A stretch of 63,898 nt of DNA, counting the filler, from Collodictyon triciliatum (taxonomy: Eukaryota), in the NCBI GenBank assembly GCA_043381765.1. It is 4 parts of 4 records of this genome, joined end to end, with 100 filler letters (N's around TTAATTAATTAA, not from the genome) between each part and the next. Parts side by side here need not be neighbours in the genome. Positions count along the whole stretch, not along the records: positions 40,720 to 61,409 come from JBHJMP010000872.1; 3 more parts are not named here. One strand, written 5' to 3'. The notes below the pieces were generated by a model. It saw only the letters and a program-made list of their open reading frames with translations. It searched no databases and had not been told where the DNA came from. Below, piece by piece: positions 45,025-58,699 of this stretch; positions within the stretch are counted from its first letter, which is position 1, and each line of letters starts with the position of its first letter. The position numbers were made by a program, and so were the translations under genes.

Positions 45025-45630
45025 CGGCATCGCTTCGGAGTCAAGCTCTCTTGCTCATCTTCAACCGCAGCAGCCTTTACGTCTTGTGAATCTGCCTCCT
45101 TTCAATCTCCATGTGTACAAAGAAAGAAACAACCATCATCACCATCAGTTATAAATATTGAATCGGACATTCGCATTACCCTATGGCCAAGAGTGGGATG
45201 ATTTTACGGGCCGGTCATTGTCTCAGGGATTCGTCGCAAGAGAAAGGAAAGGCAAAAAGGAAGCGAGGCTCAGATCCAAGATTTAAAAAAACAACGGCTG
45301 GTGGCGACATTGTGTGCATCAACCTATAATACCGAATTCTTTCCTTAAAATATGTAATGCGTTGTCGCCACGCTTTAATGCGTTGTTGGCGAGGCCTTTT
45401 CCTGTTCTGGACAAAAGTGCGATTGAACCCTGCTTATAAAACTTGCTTTCTGTTTCGCACTATTCTCTCTCCTTATTGACGCGCCATTTCATCGCAGGGC
45501 GCGGCTCAAAGTCTGTCTCTGAATCTGATGTGAATCATTCGGTCCGATCGAAAAACGCGAACACAAACATAAACGCAAACACAAACACTAAACATAAAAA
45601 CAAGAAGGGAGAACCCACCGTCTGAAGAGA

Positions 45631-47773
45631 ATGAGCCGCGGCGATATTTTGGTCTTGTTTGATGTTGATGGTACTTTGACCGAGGCACGCAAAGTAAGTA
45701 TTTCATATGAGCGAAAGCTCATTCGCTTCCTTTCGTTCCTTTGTTTTCTTTATTTGTTTTTGTTTCCTTTGTTTCCTTGTTTCCTTTTTTCCCCTTTTTT
45801 CCCCTTTTTTCCCCTTTTTTCCTCTTTCCCCCCTTTTTTCCCTTGTTTCTTTGTCTCTTTGTCTCTTTGTCTCTTTGTCTCTTTGTCTCTTTGTCTCTTT
45901 GTCTCTTTGTCTCTTTGTCTCTTTGTCTCTTTCTTTTTCGTCTAAAGTGTGAAAGAGAGAAGTGAACTATTGGTTAAGTAAAAAATCCCTACGCTTTCTT
46001 TCTGTCGGAAAAGGTGATCACACCGGCCATGAAAGACTTCCTCAAGGAGCTGCGAAAGAAGGTGACGATCGGTGTTGTTGGCGGATCTGACCTTGCCAAA
46101 CAGAAGGAGCAACTCGGAGAAGATGGTTCCTTATTTATTACCTCTTTTCACCATTCGTCTCCTCCTTCTCTTACTTTTCTTAGCATGGTCACGCACAGAC
46201 GTTTCACTATTTTTCTTTTCAATTAAATATATATTTTCTCTGTCAATATACGAATATAAATCATCACGTCAATTATCACATGATTTAATTCACGAACAGC
46301 CCTGGAGTACTTTGACTTCAACTTCCCCGAGAACGGTGTTGTTGCATTCAAAGCAGGCGTTGCCCAGCCTTCCCAGGTGAATGCTCACTTGCCCAAAATA
46401 TCAAAATAACTAACCGACAAATATAAAAACTATTTTTAATTGTAACATGAACCATATCTAAGGCTATGTCTTACTATAAAGTATGAAGAACGATAAGATT
46501 TTATCACAAAGGACTATTTACCACATTCATGCAATAATTAGAGTATTACCGATTTTTCTTTTCCATAGTCCATTGGTGAGTTCCTTGGAGAAGAGAGACT
46601 CAAAGAGTTTCTCAATTTCACTCTCCACGCCGTGGCTGATTTGGACATCCCGAAGAAACGGTAAGTAACTTGAGAGAATGATAGTCTTATTGCTATGTAT
46701 AAATGCTCAGTACCCGTGTATAACTCTTCTAACTCATTCAACAAAGAAAAAGATGATACATTCTCTAATTAAAAGGCAATTCATTCGTGTCTGTTTTTTT
46801 TTTTTTTAAAAAAAAATAATCATGAATTATATTTTCACTCCTGGCCTAAATCTTGGTGGTGGTAAACACGATGCTAAAATATCATAATTATTTAGCGGAA
46901 CCTTCATCGAGTACCGTACCGGAATGATTAACCTTTCTCCCATCGGTCGCAACTGCACTTATGATGAGCGTCTGGAGTTCTACGCTTACGATAATGTGAC
47001 TTTGATAAGAATATCATACGACAAGATACATCACTATTTATATACTCAAATAACCCTTTGACGTAAATCAAAATTTCTATCAACTCACTTAACATCCTTA
47101 TCAAAGGCCCATGGAATCCGCAAGAAACTGATTGCTCAACTGGAGCAGCGATTCCCCGACTACGGACTCAAGTACTCCATTGGTGGACAGATTAGCGTCG
47201 ACATCTTCCCTATCGGTTTGTACTTTTGAATTAATACGAAAACCTTAAATGCTTCTCCAGAAGAATATAAAAGATATCGAAAACTTCAATCCAAAAAACA
47301 AAGACAATTACAATTTTTTTTGGGCCAATAAGGTACATGTCAATATCTTTTTTTTTAAAAAAATTATTGTATTAACAGTCTGTTCTCTTCTCTCTTCGTT
47401 CTCTTTATTTTTTTTTCTGGGCGCACTACACAATTTAATTAAGGATGGGACAAGACTTATTGCCTTCGCCATGTGAAGGAACTGGGATTCAAGGAAATCC
47501 ATTTCTTTGGGGACAAGACTGAAGAGGTTTGGTTTTCCATGCAGCGAATCCAACAATCGAACAATCCAGCATATCGACGCATCAATCCATGTGAATGATA
47601 GAGCTCGTTAAAGCTTATTCTTTTATATATGCTGATGATTCTGAACGACAACCCTGTCACGATAGGGAGGAAACGACTATGAAATCTACAACCACGAGCT
47701 GACCACTGGCCACGCCATCAAGAGTCCCGAAGACACCCGACGCATCTGCGAAGAGCTTTTCATGAAGCAATAA
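45631..47773 (+). CDS. PMM: Phosphomannomutase (eukaryotic HAD-IIB, PMM/SEC53), 8 exons
   Basis: [79 protein letters not shown]; all seven introns GT-AG and in frame. Confidence 0.97.
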
Positions 47774-48464
47774 CGAGTTGATAAGAGTCTGCTGACTCTG
47801 CCATGATTGTCCTTTTGGACTACATCGACGTGTGCTTTCGCTTCGTTTTGAATTAAACGCACCGACAACGCACAAGTCGCGGATAAGACATGCAGATATG
47901 TGGAAAAAGGCCACACCAAGCAGAGTGAGACAGAGAGAGGGAGTATGAAGTTGAGGTAACGGTGGTGTCTGGACGGGTCGACTTTATGAATTAGGAGTGC
48001 TTTTGCACCTTGAGAGCCGATTCTTCGTCCAACGCAGACTTTCTTTTCTTTTCGGAATCCGTGCCAAGTTCTGTGTTTTGATTGGATGCACATCCCAGTT
48101 AATTGAATCCCTCGATGGACAATCATTTATTTCTTTTCTTTCATCCAATCTTTTTCAAATATAGCGCTAGTGTGTTAATCCAAGGCCATCCAAGAATATA
48201 CATTATTTTCCTTAAATATCTCAAAGTAATATATTTTTTCCCCCATTTAAGTGTATTTAATCATACAGTGGATTTCTTTCATCGCCTTTTTCAAAAAGAC
48301 CCACCTCCTTTTTCAGCAAGTTTTCTTTCCACTGCAACCATGCTGATTGGCTCATGAATCTAATGATACACACACATGTCAGCTGCTTCTTTCGTTCTTC
48401 ATTTTTTTTCCTTACTAAGAATTAATTAATTGATTGTGTAAAGTCAGGGCCAAAGCCGCCCATC

Positions 48465-49333
48465 ATGACGAAAAAGTGGCCAAAACCTTGTGAGCCAAAG
48501 GCAGATACGAAACTGCGAGGGGAGCTGCGTCTTCGTCCAGTGGTTCGTCATCATGTGCCCAAATCTTTATATGGTCGAACCTGCTTGAAACTATGCACTC
48601 GGCGTCTCGCTTTTTGGGCTCTGCGTTGCGCACCAGAGATGAATCGCGCGTTATTATGATTGCTCTGGTGTGTGGTTGAATTCACCATTGATGATAGTAT
48701 CATTATTCTGAATAGGAGAGAAGTATGTATTGCAGGATGGGCTGTGCTGTGATGGGAATGTCAAGTATTTATACTGGCTGGGCGTTTTGTTTTTGTTGTG
48801 TTTTGTTTTTGTTGCGGTTTGTTTTTGTTGTGTTTTTGTTTCGTATTGTTTTGTTCGCTGATATTGCAGATTGTTCTTACCTTCACTCAAGCCGCTGCTT
48901 TCGCCGTCAAGTGTTTTGTAATCAGGAATATGGACAACACATCCTATGCACGGCAGGCGATGAAAAGAATGTTTTTATTACATTTTTTTTTAATGGAATC
49001 AATTGCAGTGTTTATGTGTCGGTATTACGTAAAATGTTTGTAAATCATGTACCATTCGTAATAACTTGGATCTACATTATGTTTGGGTATGATGTAAAAC
49101 AAAGCACTGATGAGGATAAAGTGACATCATTGGGAATGGCAAACCTTTGTAGCCTTCGGGGATTGCATAGGTTTTCCCTTTCAAAAGCCTTCCTCGAAAA
49201 AAAGATTCTGCCAACAGATTTACTCAATTATTATTATTATTATTATTTAAAAAACATAGATACGACTGGGCAAAAGCTCTTCTGATGGTTAAGCAGGACG
49301 TAGTACTAATGGCAGAGTATTTGCTGAAGGAAG
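48465..49333 (+). CDS. Hypothetical multi-exon protein, 3' part lost in gap
   Basis: Phase-compatible exons splice to ...DGNVKYLYWLGIVLTFTQAAAFAVKC...SLRGLHRYDWAKALLMVKQDVVLMAEYLLKE; no family recognised. Confidence 0.45.
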
Positions 49334-49389
49334 TTTATTCTTTTTTTTTTTTTTTAAAAAAAAAAAACCGTGGTATTGGCCTCTGCTCG

Positions 49390-50110
49390 NNNNNNNNNNN
49401 NNNNNNNNNNNNNNNNNNNNNNNNNNNNNNNNNNNNNNNNNNNNNNNNNNNNNNNNNNNNNNNNNNNNNNNNNNNNNNNNNNNNNNNNNNNNNNNNNNNN
49501 NNNNNNNNNNNNNNNNNNNNNNNNNNNNNNNNNNNNNNNNNNNNNNNNNNNNNNNNNNNNNNNNNNNNNNNNNNNNNNNNNNNNNNNNNNNNNNNNNNNN
49601 NNNNNNNNNNNNNNNNNNNNNNNNNNNNNNNNNNNNNNNNNNNNNNNNNNNNNNNNNNNNNNNNNNNNNNNNNNNNNNNNNNNNNNNNNNNNNNNNNNNN
49701 NNNNNNNNNNNNNNNNNNNNNNNNNNNNNNNNNNNNNNNNNNNNNNNNNNNNNNNNNNNNNNNNNNNNNNNNNNNNNNNNNNNNNNNNNNNNNNNNNNNN
49801 NNNNNNNNNNNNNNNNNNNNNNNNNNNNNNNNNNNNNNNNNNNNNNNNNNNNNNNNNNNNNNNNNNNNNNNNNNNNNNNNNNNNNNNNNNNNNNNNNNNN
49901 NNNNNNNNNNNNNNNNNNNNNNNNNNNNNNNNNNNNNNNNNNNNNNNNNNNNNNNNNNNNNNNNNNNNNNNNNNNNNNNNNNNNNNNNNNNNNNNNNNNN
50001 NNNNNNNNNNNNNNNNNNNNNNNNNNNNNNNNNNNNNNNNNNNNNNNNNNNNNNNNNNNNNNNNNNNNNNNNNNNNNNNNNNNNNNNNNNNNNNNNNNNN
50101 NNNNNNNNNN
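49390..50110. other. Assembly gap
   Basis: N run. Confidence 1.
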
Positions 50111-50322
50111 AAAAACAATAAAAAACAATAAAAAACAATAAAAAACAATAAAAAACAATAAAAAACAATAAAAAACAATAAAAAACAATAAAAAAACAAT
50201 AAAAAACAACAAAAAAAAAAACCCCCTCTCTTCTCTTCTCTTTTCTCTAACCTCTCCGCAGCAGAACAACCACCACCTGCAAAGCACACAACACCCGCGA
50301 TCCTCCCAACAAACGCCTGCGA

Positions 50323-52997
50323 ATGTATCCATTCACATACAAAGCAGAGTCCACCGCAGCCTACGGAGTTCCGCCGTCCACGCCCCACAAAGGCAAAAAC
50401 AGCACAGCGTCCACAACACTCGGCGCAGCCGCTCCAAACGCAGCTGCATTTCCAACTGTGTCTTCAACCACAACGAATCAGCCTTTCACTTTAAAGATGC
50501 CTCCAATAACAACAGGAACAACAGCAACAACAGCAACAACAGGAACAACAGCGACAACAGGAACAACAGGAACAACAGGAACAACAGGAACAACAGGAAC
50601 AACAGGAACAACAGGAACAACGGCAACAACAGCATCAACAACTTCAGCTTTGCCGACTTTGACGCCGTCTACATTTCCGACAATGTCCTTCCCAACGATA
50701 GGCAATAATTCCTCTCTGAGCACAGCCTCTGCTTCTCAGTCGCATTGGAAGTCCGGCCCTTTGACGTCCGAGTCCATTAATCCCCAGAGCGCGAAAAATA
50801 TCGAAAACATTCTGTAAGTGTGGCTTGTCCTTAATGTATTTTGGAAATTATCCTTTCTTGCATGCAGTTTATGATTTTACATGTATCTAGATTGTTTTTA
50901 ATCCCTTTCATATCATACATAATTTTCTAATTCCTAATAGCTTATATATATCTTTGCGTATGTATTCTTCCTTTATTCATATTCTATTTACTTATTTGCC
51001 GTGAGATGTGCTGTAATGCAAAAATATGAAATTCACTTCTATAACTTTCGCTCAACCTGTGCCGATTTCTACAATTATCTTCCACATACACTTCAATTGA
51101 TCACAACAGAGAGATATATTGCCTTATAATCACGTAGATGTAGACAAAATCGGTCTTTTTGTTTTTGTTCATGAAGGTACATGTATCTGCGATGCTAATT
51201 TGTTTTATTCACTATTAATAAGGAAATCTCACACAGCTGCCTCAGATAACATGAAGAAAATAAGCGATGAACTACGAATGATAGAAAAATCTATCACCGA
51301 TACAAACAATCTCGTTAAAAAAGAGGACATTGTACTTGCTTTTCTTTAATCATACTTATGCGGATGAAAATGTATAGGCTTTTTTGTTCATATTATATGT
51401 GGCCGTATTTAGATATTCTACGTGTTTGTAAGAAACTGAGAAGTGTGTACTCTTGAATAATTGGTTATGATATACAATTTATTTCATTTCCAGTTTCAAG
51501 GACACTATATCCGGCACTTTGATAACTTGTTGGAGGAAAACCTCGGCAATATGGAAAAAGTTCACCAACTTACACTAGACGTGAGCAATATACGATTGTA
51601 TAACGCATCCCAGCCTGTAGCGATTCCATCCAAGTTAGTTTTTTAATCAATCTTCTAAAGACAGTTTTATTAGTGAAATTCACCGTTTATACCGCCTGTC
51701 GTACTTAGGTTCTTTGGAACATATCTCCGGCTATGTGAAGACAGAATCCAAAACAGCATAAGTAATCTGTCTGAAATATCTGATGTTGTCTTTAAGGAAA
51801 ATACAGAGATGTCAAAGGAAGGTGAAATTTATTCATGTTGCTTTTTAGTGTCTTTCTATAGTGTTTAGCCTATTTCATGGTGATTTTTTTTAAAAAAAAA
51901 CTTTTTTAGCTTGTTTATTTCCATATCTTGTTAAATAGTTTTCGATTGGCCCATATAACACAATCAACTAACTATATCACCTATCACCTATCATTATTCT
52001 TATTCTTATAATAATTATATTTTTAGTACTCTCCGAGACACTGAATAGCATTGATGTCACACTTGATCGTTTCCAAGTGAAAGCAGAGCAGTATCACAAT
52101 CAACTTTACACTTTGGCTGGGACACCAACGACTCCTGCTTCAGGGTTTTTTTCCCCCACATTCTTTTCCTACTTCACTTTTTATCCCAAGCATGCTGTAG
52201 AAAATTATTTTCGTTAGATTCGCATCTTAGTCATTTGTAATTCAACACCACAGAACGCAAAAGAGCGAATTCAGAAAGAAATGTGCAGGTATTTAGTGCT
52301 GACATATCTCCTTGTGTTAAAAGAAAAACAACATATATATACTTTCAACCTAAAGAAAATTACTTTGAATATTTATGATACCATTAACCAAAAAATAAAT
52401 CAATGAATGATGATATTAAGTTTTTTTATCCTAAAAACTCGTTCTTTCTTTCCATTTGCCCTTTTTTTTCTCCTCTTCCTTCTGGCCGAATTTTAATTAG
52501 CTAAAGTTCCGCCACCTCCGCCCACTATTCAACCAGCGCAGGCACAAAACCCCACAGGAATAGGATTTCCTACAGCCAATAATACATTTGGAGGTGGATT
52601 TGGTTTTAACGCTCCAGCAGGAGGCTTCGGCTCAAACACATTTGGAGGTGGCTTCGGTTCCAATTCCTTTGGGGGTGGATTCGGTCTGAAAGCAGCAGCC
52701 CAAACACCTGCTCTTGGGACAAATCCAACAGCAGGATTTGGAGGGACTGGAGGCTTTGGAGGGACTGGAGGTTTTGGGGGGACTGCAGGGTTTGGAGGGA
52801 CTGCAGGGTTTGGAGGGACTACAGGCTTTGGCATGGGTGGCAAAGCTCCTTCAACTACAACAGGAGGCGGCGGCTTCGGATTCAATCTGAATACTGGCAT
52901 GCCCACTTCAACAGCTTTTGGAAATGGATATGGAACGACAGGGACTACAAACCAAGGAAGTAGCTCGAGCTCTAAGAAAAAGAACACCCACAAATAA
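50323..52997 (+). CDS. FG-repeat nucleoporin, Nup58/Nup49-like
   Basis: Thr-rich N-terminus, central helical exons with IPSKFF...EDRIQ...LSEI (Nup58/49-like), last exon with many GFG/FGG repeats ending KKKNTHK*. Confidence 0.7.
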
Positions 52998-53424
52998 ACC
53001 CTACCTGATTAATTGGGTTCCTTTCTAAATAGGATTGTGGCGCAACGACTTGTGTTTTAAAAAGTGTTTAGACTCTTTGCGACTCGCCCGCTGGCGCAGA
53101 TTTGAAATCACCTGTGTCACCTCAAAGATGCTCAAAAGAGTTTTACATGCATATGAAGGTAATGAACAAATGTCGGTAATATATAGATAAGGGTTTGAGA
53201 ATATTACAGATGAAAACGAAGACGAAAATATAGTACATATGACTTGATAAATATGTGTGTCACTGCTCGGTAGGGTGTTTTTTTATTTTTATTTTATTTT
53301 TATTGATTATCTGGGTGGTGGATGCATCTTTTTTGTGTGAATTTAAGTGGCGATTGAGTCCATCAAAAAAATTTAATTCCATTTTGTTTTTTTCTGAAGA
53401 CAAGGAGAAAGTTTCTTGGGGGAA

Positions 53425-54278
53425 TTAAGAGTCTGAGTGTCCATGTCCATAAGAGTGGTCGGTATGGGTAGTGTGATGAGCATGATGAGCATCATGGCCT
53501 GTATGCATTGCGTGATGGGCATTATGGATGGCCATGTGAACACCATGCATATCATGTCCCATATGCATTGCGTGATGGAAATTGTGCATGGCTACATGAG
53601 CATCATGTGCACCGTGTCCCGTGTGATGAGCCGTCTCGTTGTAATAATGCCCATAAGGAGAAGTTTGGAAGTGGGAGGGTGTGGATTTAGTATCTTTGAA
53701 TGGTTGGTATGAATAAGAAGCTTCGGTGTTCTGGGCTCCGTGTGCACCAAAAGGAAAATGAGCCAGCATGTTTCTTGTACTTAAATAGTGCTGGATACGT
53801 TGAGCCGCTGCCATCATCATAAAGATGGAGAATACAAGCGTAGCCAAAGTTCCGAATTTACACACAACTCCGTCAGCATCACTCTCACACGTGTTTTCTG
53901 TGACGAACCAGCCCACGATGGAGACGATACTCAATATTATTGATGCATACGCGGTATATATTGCCCTCGCAGCATCCTTGTCTAGTTTGGTGCGACCTAC
54001 GTACAAAGCTAGGATAACAAATGCACCTTTACAAAGAATGGTGATAATAAAGACAAAGACGACAATCTGTCCTTTATCAAAGACATGGCCCAGAAATAGA
54101 GCCACGATGTTTAGAATGATTGAAACTATGCCGAGCCCCGTTACAGTCCTATCCGGGTATGCCTATCAAGTTTCGTTAACTCAATGGTGTTGAAGTATAT
54201 AGTATAAACCGCTTGATTTATATATTATGTGAAGCAGGGGTGCGATTACAGCGAAGGCATGAATGACCACACCACCAT
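53425..54278 (-). CDS. 4-TM membrane protein with His/Met-rich C-terminal tail
   Basis: Four hydrophobic segments, Cys pair between TM3 and TM4, tail HHTGHGAHDAHVAMHNFHHAMHMGHDMH...; main exon starts after an AG acceptor near 54162; start codon inferred. Confidence 0.75.
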
Positions 54279-55271
54279 TGCATCGGACAAGAATGCGTGC
54301 ATCTTCCGTGAATGGCCTGATGTCTGCCTTTGCAGCCTATGACGAAAACAAGAAGATAAGAACTTCAAGTTACCTGCGACATGTTGGGGGATAGGAATCA
54401 TTGCAAGATTATTATTATCATTATTTTTGACAAAGGAGTTGCCCCACAAAACGAAAGATGATAGACCGCAGCAAAAAAAAAACTGTGTCGCACTGTAATT
54501 GGTAGATGCAGGGGTTTGTTTGTGGTTCTTCGATGAGCTGGTTGGATTCAAGTTAACCTCTCTTTTTTTTTTTTGAGAAAGTTGATCTATCAAAATGTCG
54601 TTCATAGACAAGGTCGCAGACACTCGCTTTATATACTACGGTTTTTTTTGTTTTTTTTTTGTTCGTTTGGCAGAACCGTTCGACGAGAAAGGTACGATAC
54701 TTTTCAAGAATTTCCTTGTGCCCAATGTTTTTCTTGGTATGTTTTGGCCACGAATGAAAATACTCCAGAGTCATTTGTGGAATTGGTAGCGAGTCATTCA
54801 CTAGTAGCGCAAAAGGGTGTTATGGCGGTGATTTAGTCGCAAATGCTGATAAGATATCACCATCACAGCCGCTCGTTTTAAAGGAAAAGGTTATGTTTTT
54901 AATTCGCCTGTATTTTATATTATTTTTTTTGGATGTCTTTGTTATCCAGCATGCCTAAGTAGTTTACATTTATGAGCGATGCATGGATTGGTCACGATTA
55001 TTGCGCCAAGTTGATGCCTACTTAGATGCAGGATGACTCATGTTTTATCTTTTTTTTTAAAAAAAAAGGGAAAGAAAGACACACCACATAAAGCAATTAA
55101 TAAGAAGCTGTCTTTGACATCGTGATGACGAAGGAAAAATTAGTGCCAAGGCATCTCATTTTCGACGAAAATATAATTAACTAGTGAGGTTTGTACACGT
55201 CATATTCAGTAATTATTATAATTATTTTATTAATTGGATAATCCGTCTGCATGTCGTCTGTTGTTTCGTGC

Positions 55272-55865
55272 TCAATCATGAGGACCATAAAGGCTACCCG
55301 AAAACTGAATATCTTTGCTCGACATATTGCCTTGGTTTTCAGATAAAGTCGCAGCTATGTATGGTGTATTTTGGTAGGTTTGGTTCGGATAACCATATAT
55401 CAGATTATCTCCATGGTGGATAAGAGGCTGGTGGTTTTCTCTGTTTGTGGTGTCCGCGGTATTTTGTTGTATAATCGCACAAACAATTGATAATACCAGC
55501 GAGAGGATTATGGTGATCGACCCAAGGACAGAGCAAAGCTCATCTTCTTCTCTGGAACTCCCATAGTAACTGTAGTAATAGTTACTTGTTTCGCAATTAT
55601 CTATCCCATAAATGAACCAAATAACCACAAGTATCAAGTTGCAGAGGAACGAGGCGTAAGCCAATGATGTTGATGAGCTTTGCTGCGGGTTTATAGGTTC
55701 ATTTTTTTGTTTAAAACAAACAACCAGGTGAGTTAGCTGAACCAAGAGGCAAAAAACAAACATTACTAAAAGTATTGCCTCACTTTCGAAAATATTCCCT
55801 ATAATACTCGTGATTATCAACAGGATAACACTGGCCGCCGCGCAGTAAATCGGACCATTGCCCAT
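55272..55865 (-). CDS. 4-TM membrane protein (tandem paralog)
   Basis: Four hydrophobic segments, DNCET...ELC loop, C-end FSGSLYGPHD. Confidence 0.8.
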   Translation of the reverse strand: MGNGPIYCAAASVILLIITSIIGNIFESEAILLVMFVFCLLVQLTHLVVCFKQKNEPINPQQSSSTSLAYASFLCNLILVVIWFIYGIDNCETSNYYYSYYGSSREEDELCSVLGSITIILSLVLSIVCAIIQQNTADTTNRENHQPLIHHGDNLIYGYPNQTYQNTPYIAATLSENQGNMSSKDIQFSGSLYGPHD

Positions 55866-57130
55866 CCCGCCGTTCTAGAATATCGAGGAACAAGATGACC
55901 GTATGAATACCTCCTCTGTTCATATAACACCTTTTGATTAAAATAATCGACTTATGTCAGAAGGCTAACGTTGATTTGTAGTGTCTCATCCATCTGGCCT
56001 CAACGAGCTTAACAAATGTATGCGTCCAGTCGTGGTGGTCTCTCTTAGTTCGTGAGATAGTCAACCGGGCCTCCTTTTGCTCTTTTTTTCTGACCCAGGT
56101 TCTATCAAACACAAGGCAGTTGTCATTGAATAAATTATTTTCTGCTAATTAATTTTTTTTTGTTCAGCTCATCCGTTGGCAGAACCGTTCTGCGAGAGGA
56201 ATGTAATGCCATCGAATTCATTTTTCTTGATATTTCCAAGATTAGTTTCTTTCTCAAACACTCAGAAAATGAACATGGCGTATGTCTTTTGTCGAGTTAC
56301 CACTTCAAAAAATAGTTACTCGAGGGTTCATCGTGATTCATCTACTATCTGCGCGGTTGTTTGCTGAAATATTTGACGATGCCATTAGTCGGGGCACCAA
56401 GATAAGTATATTAGCTCATATTTGATTTTATTATAATTTTTCTTCGCGCTTTATTGAAGAGATTTACATAAAAAAAACGAGACACGAAAAATGAACAGTG
56501 TAAGTTACCTCAACAAAGGATACGCCCAAGGTTGCAAGGTTCCTATATTTGCCTAGCTTGTTCGCTCATTCACATCGCTTTATGAAAAAAGAAGTTCAGA
56601 TGTAACCATAGATGTTCTCCTGGAAGCTATTGCAAACGATTTTATTATTCCCAATCGCTTTATTTCGTTCCAAAAACTCATTCGTGTAACAATGCTAAAT
56701 ATTAGGATATCAAATTTTGATTAGAATCTCTTTAAAATATAGAAAAATAGAAAATGATTTGTGGTATATTTACCTTTATATTATAGAGTTAATGATACAA
56801 CAAATAATTAAAATAAGATACTAATCTCGTTTATTTACCAAAATTGGTTTACATATAATTTTAACCATTTTCCATAAATCATAAATTATTTTACTCCGGT
56901 TCGTTTCAGTTTTTAATATTTTCATATTTTGAGAGTGCAATTTAGTCGTGTGCAAAAAAAATTAAAATACCACACCATGTAATCATAGCAATATATATTT
57001 GAAATTATGATATAAATTCAGAAATATTGTATTCTGCTGACTTTATTATTTCCATCTCGATTTCTAACATCTTTCAATCAGAAAATCTACTCGCATGTTC
57101 CAGCCCAGTGGTGAGATAAAAGGTAGGGGC

Positions 57131-57979
<849 letters not shown>

Positions 57980-58579
57980 TCTCCGCAAGCTGCTGGATAC
58001 TTGGAGTCCTAGTTAGTTTTTGTGCGTTGATCAGGTCCTAGCGGAAGGAACAGGCCTCTCATATTACTACCCCTTTGAGATTGTCAAAAGTTGTCCGCCA
58101 TCCATTTGTGATAAAAACATCGATTCAACAGAAAAAGCTCACTCAGTGATTCTTACACGGGTATCAGCTATGTCTGTCATTAAACAAATAAATGAATATA
58201 GCCAGAAAAAATAAATACAAAAATACGAAGTAAACACCTTCAACAATCCCATTTGTTTTTATGCTTTTTTTCAAGTTACAGATACCGCAATATTCTGATT
58301 GATTGGGAATTCCCAACCTGTGTGCACTCAAGGGCGAGGAAGAGGCCACCAAGGCAACGCAGCAGATACGAAGGAAATCGCAGCACCCGCCTCGCAGATA
58401 CATGATGATGCCCTATTTTCTAAGAAAGATACTATCACATTCGACCACCTGGATGTTTAATGGCCTGTTATGTTCATGGGAAAATTATGGTCGCAGGTTT
58501 GTTTCCCTAATCCTTCATTCACACTTCTCATGTGCTCCCAATTATCCCATACTGCCTTCTGATTCGAAAATTTTGCTTA

Positions 58580-58699
58580 CTTGAAGGGATATACCATCTT
58601 TCGATTGGTTAACCTGGTTCGCCAGTATCCAAGGTCTCATCACTTCTTTCACAAAGATTATGTAGTGGCGAAGGCTGCCAGGAAAGACTCAACAGCCTT
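58580..58699 (-). ncRNA. Candidate Fanzor omegaRNA scaffold
   Basis: Overlaps and follows the Fanzor stop; visible stems AAGGCTG/CAGCCTT, TCTTT/AAAGA, and GGATA[CTGG-CGAA-CCAG][ACC-A-ATC-GAAA-GAT-GGT]TATCC, then CTTCAAG. Confidence 0.55.

Noticed and set aside
48629-48712. SECIS or box C/D RNA (CACCAGAG/CTCTGGTG stem with ATGA...GA; TGATGA...CTGA)
   Set aside because: Apical region too short for a SECIS, no in-frame UGA selenoprotein seen, and the C and D boxes are only 13 nt apart.
26690-52997. Nucleoporin gene cluster (Nup35-like and Nup58-like)
   Set aside because: Over 20 kb apart and separated by artificial linkers and a gap; no evidence of real linkage.
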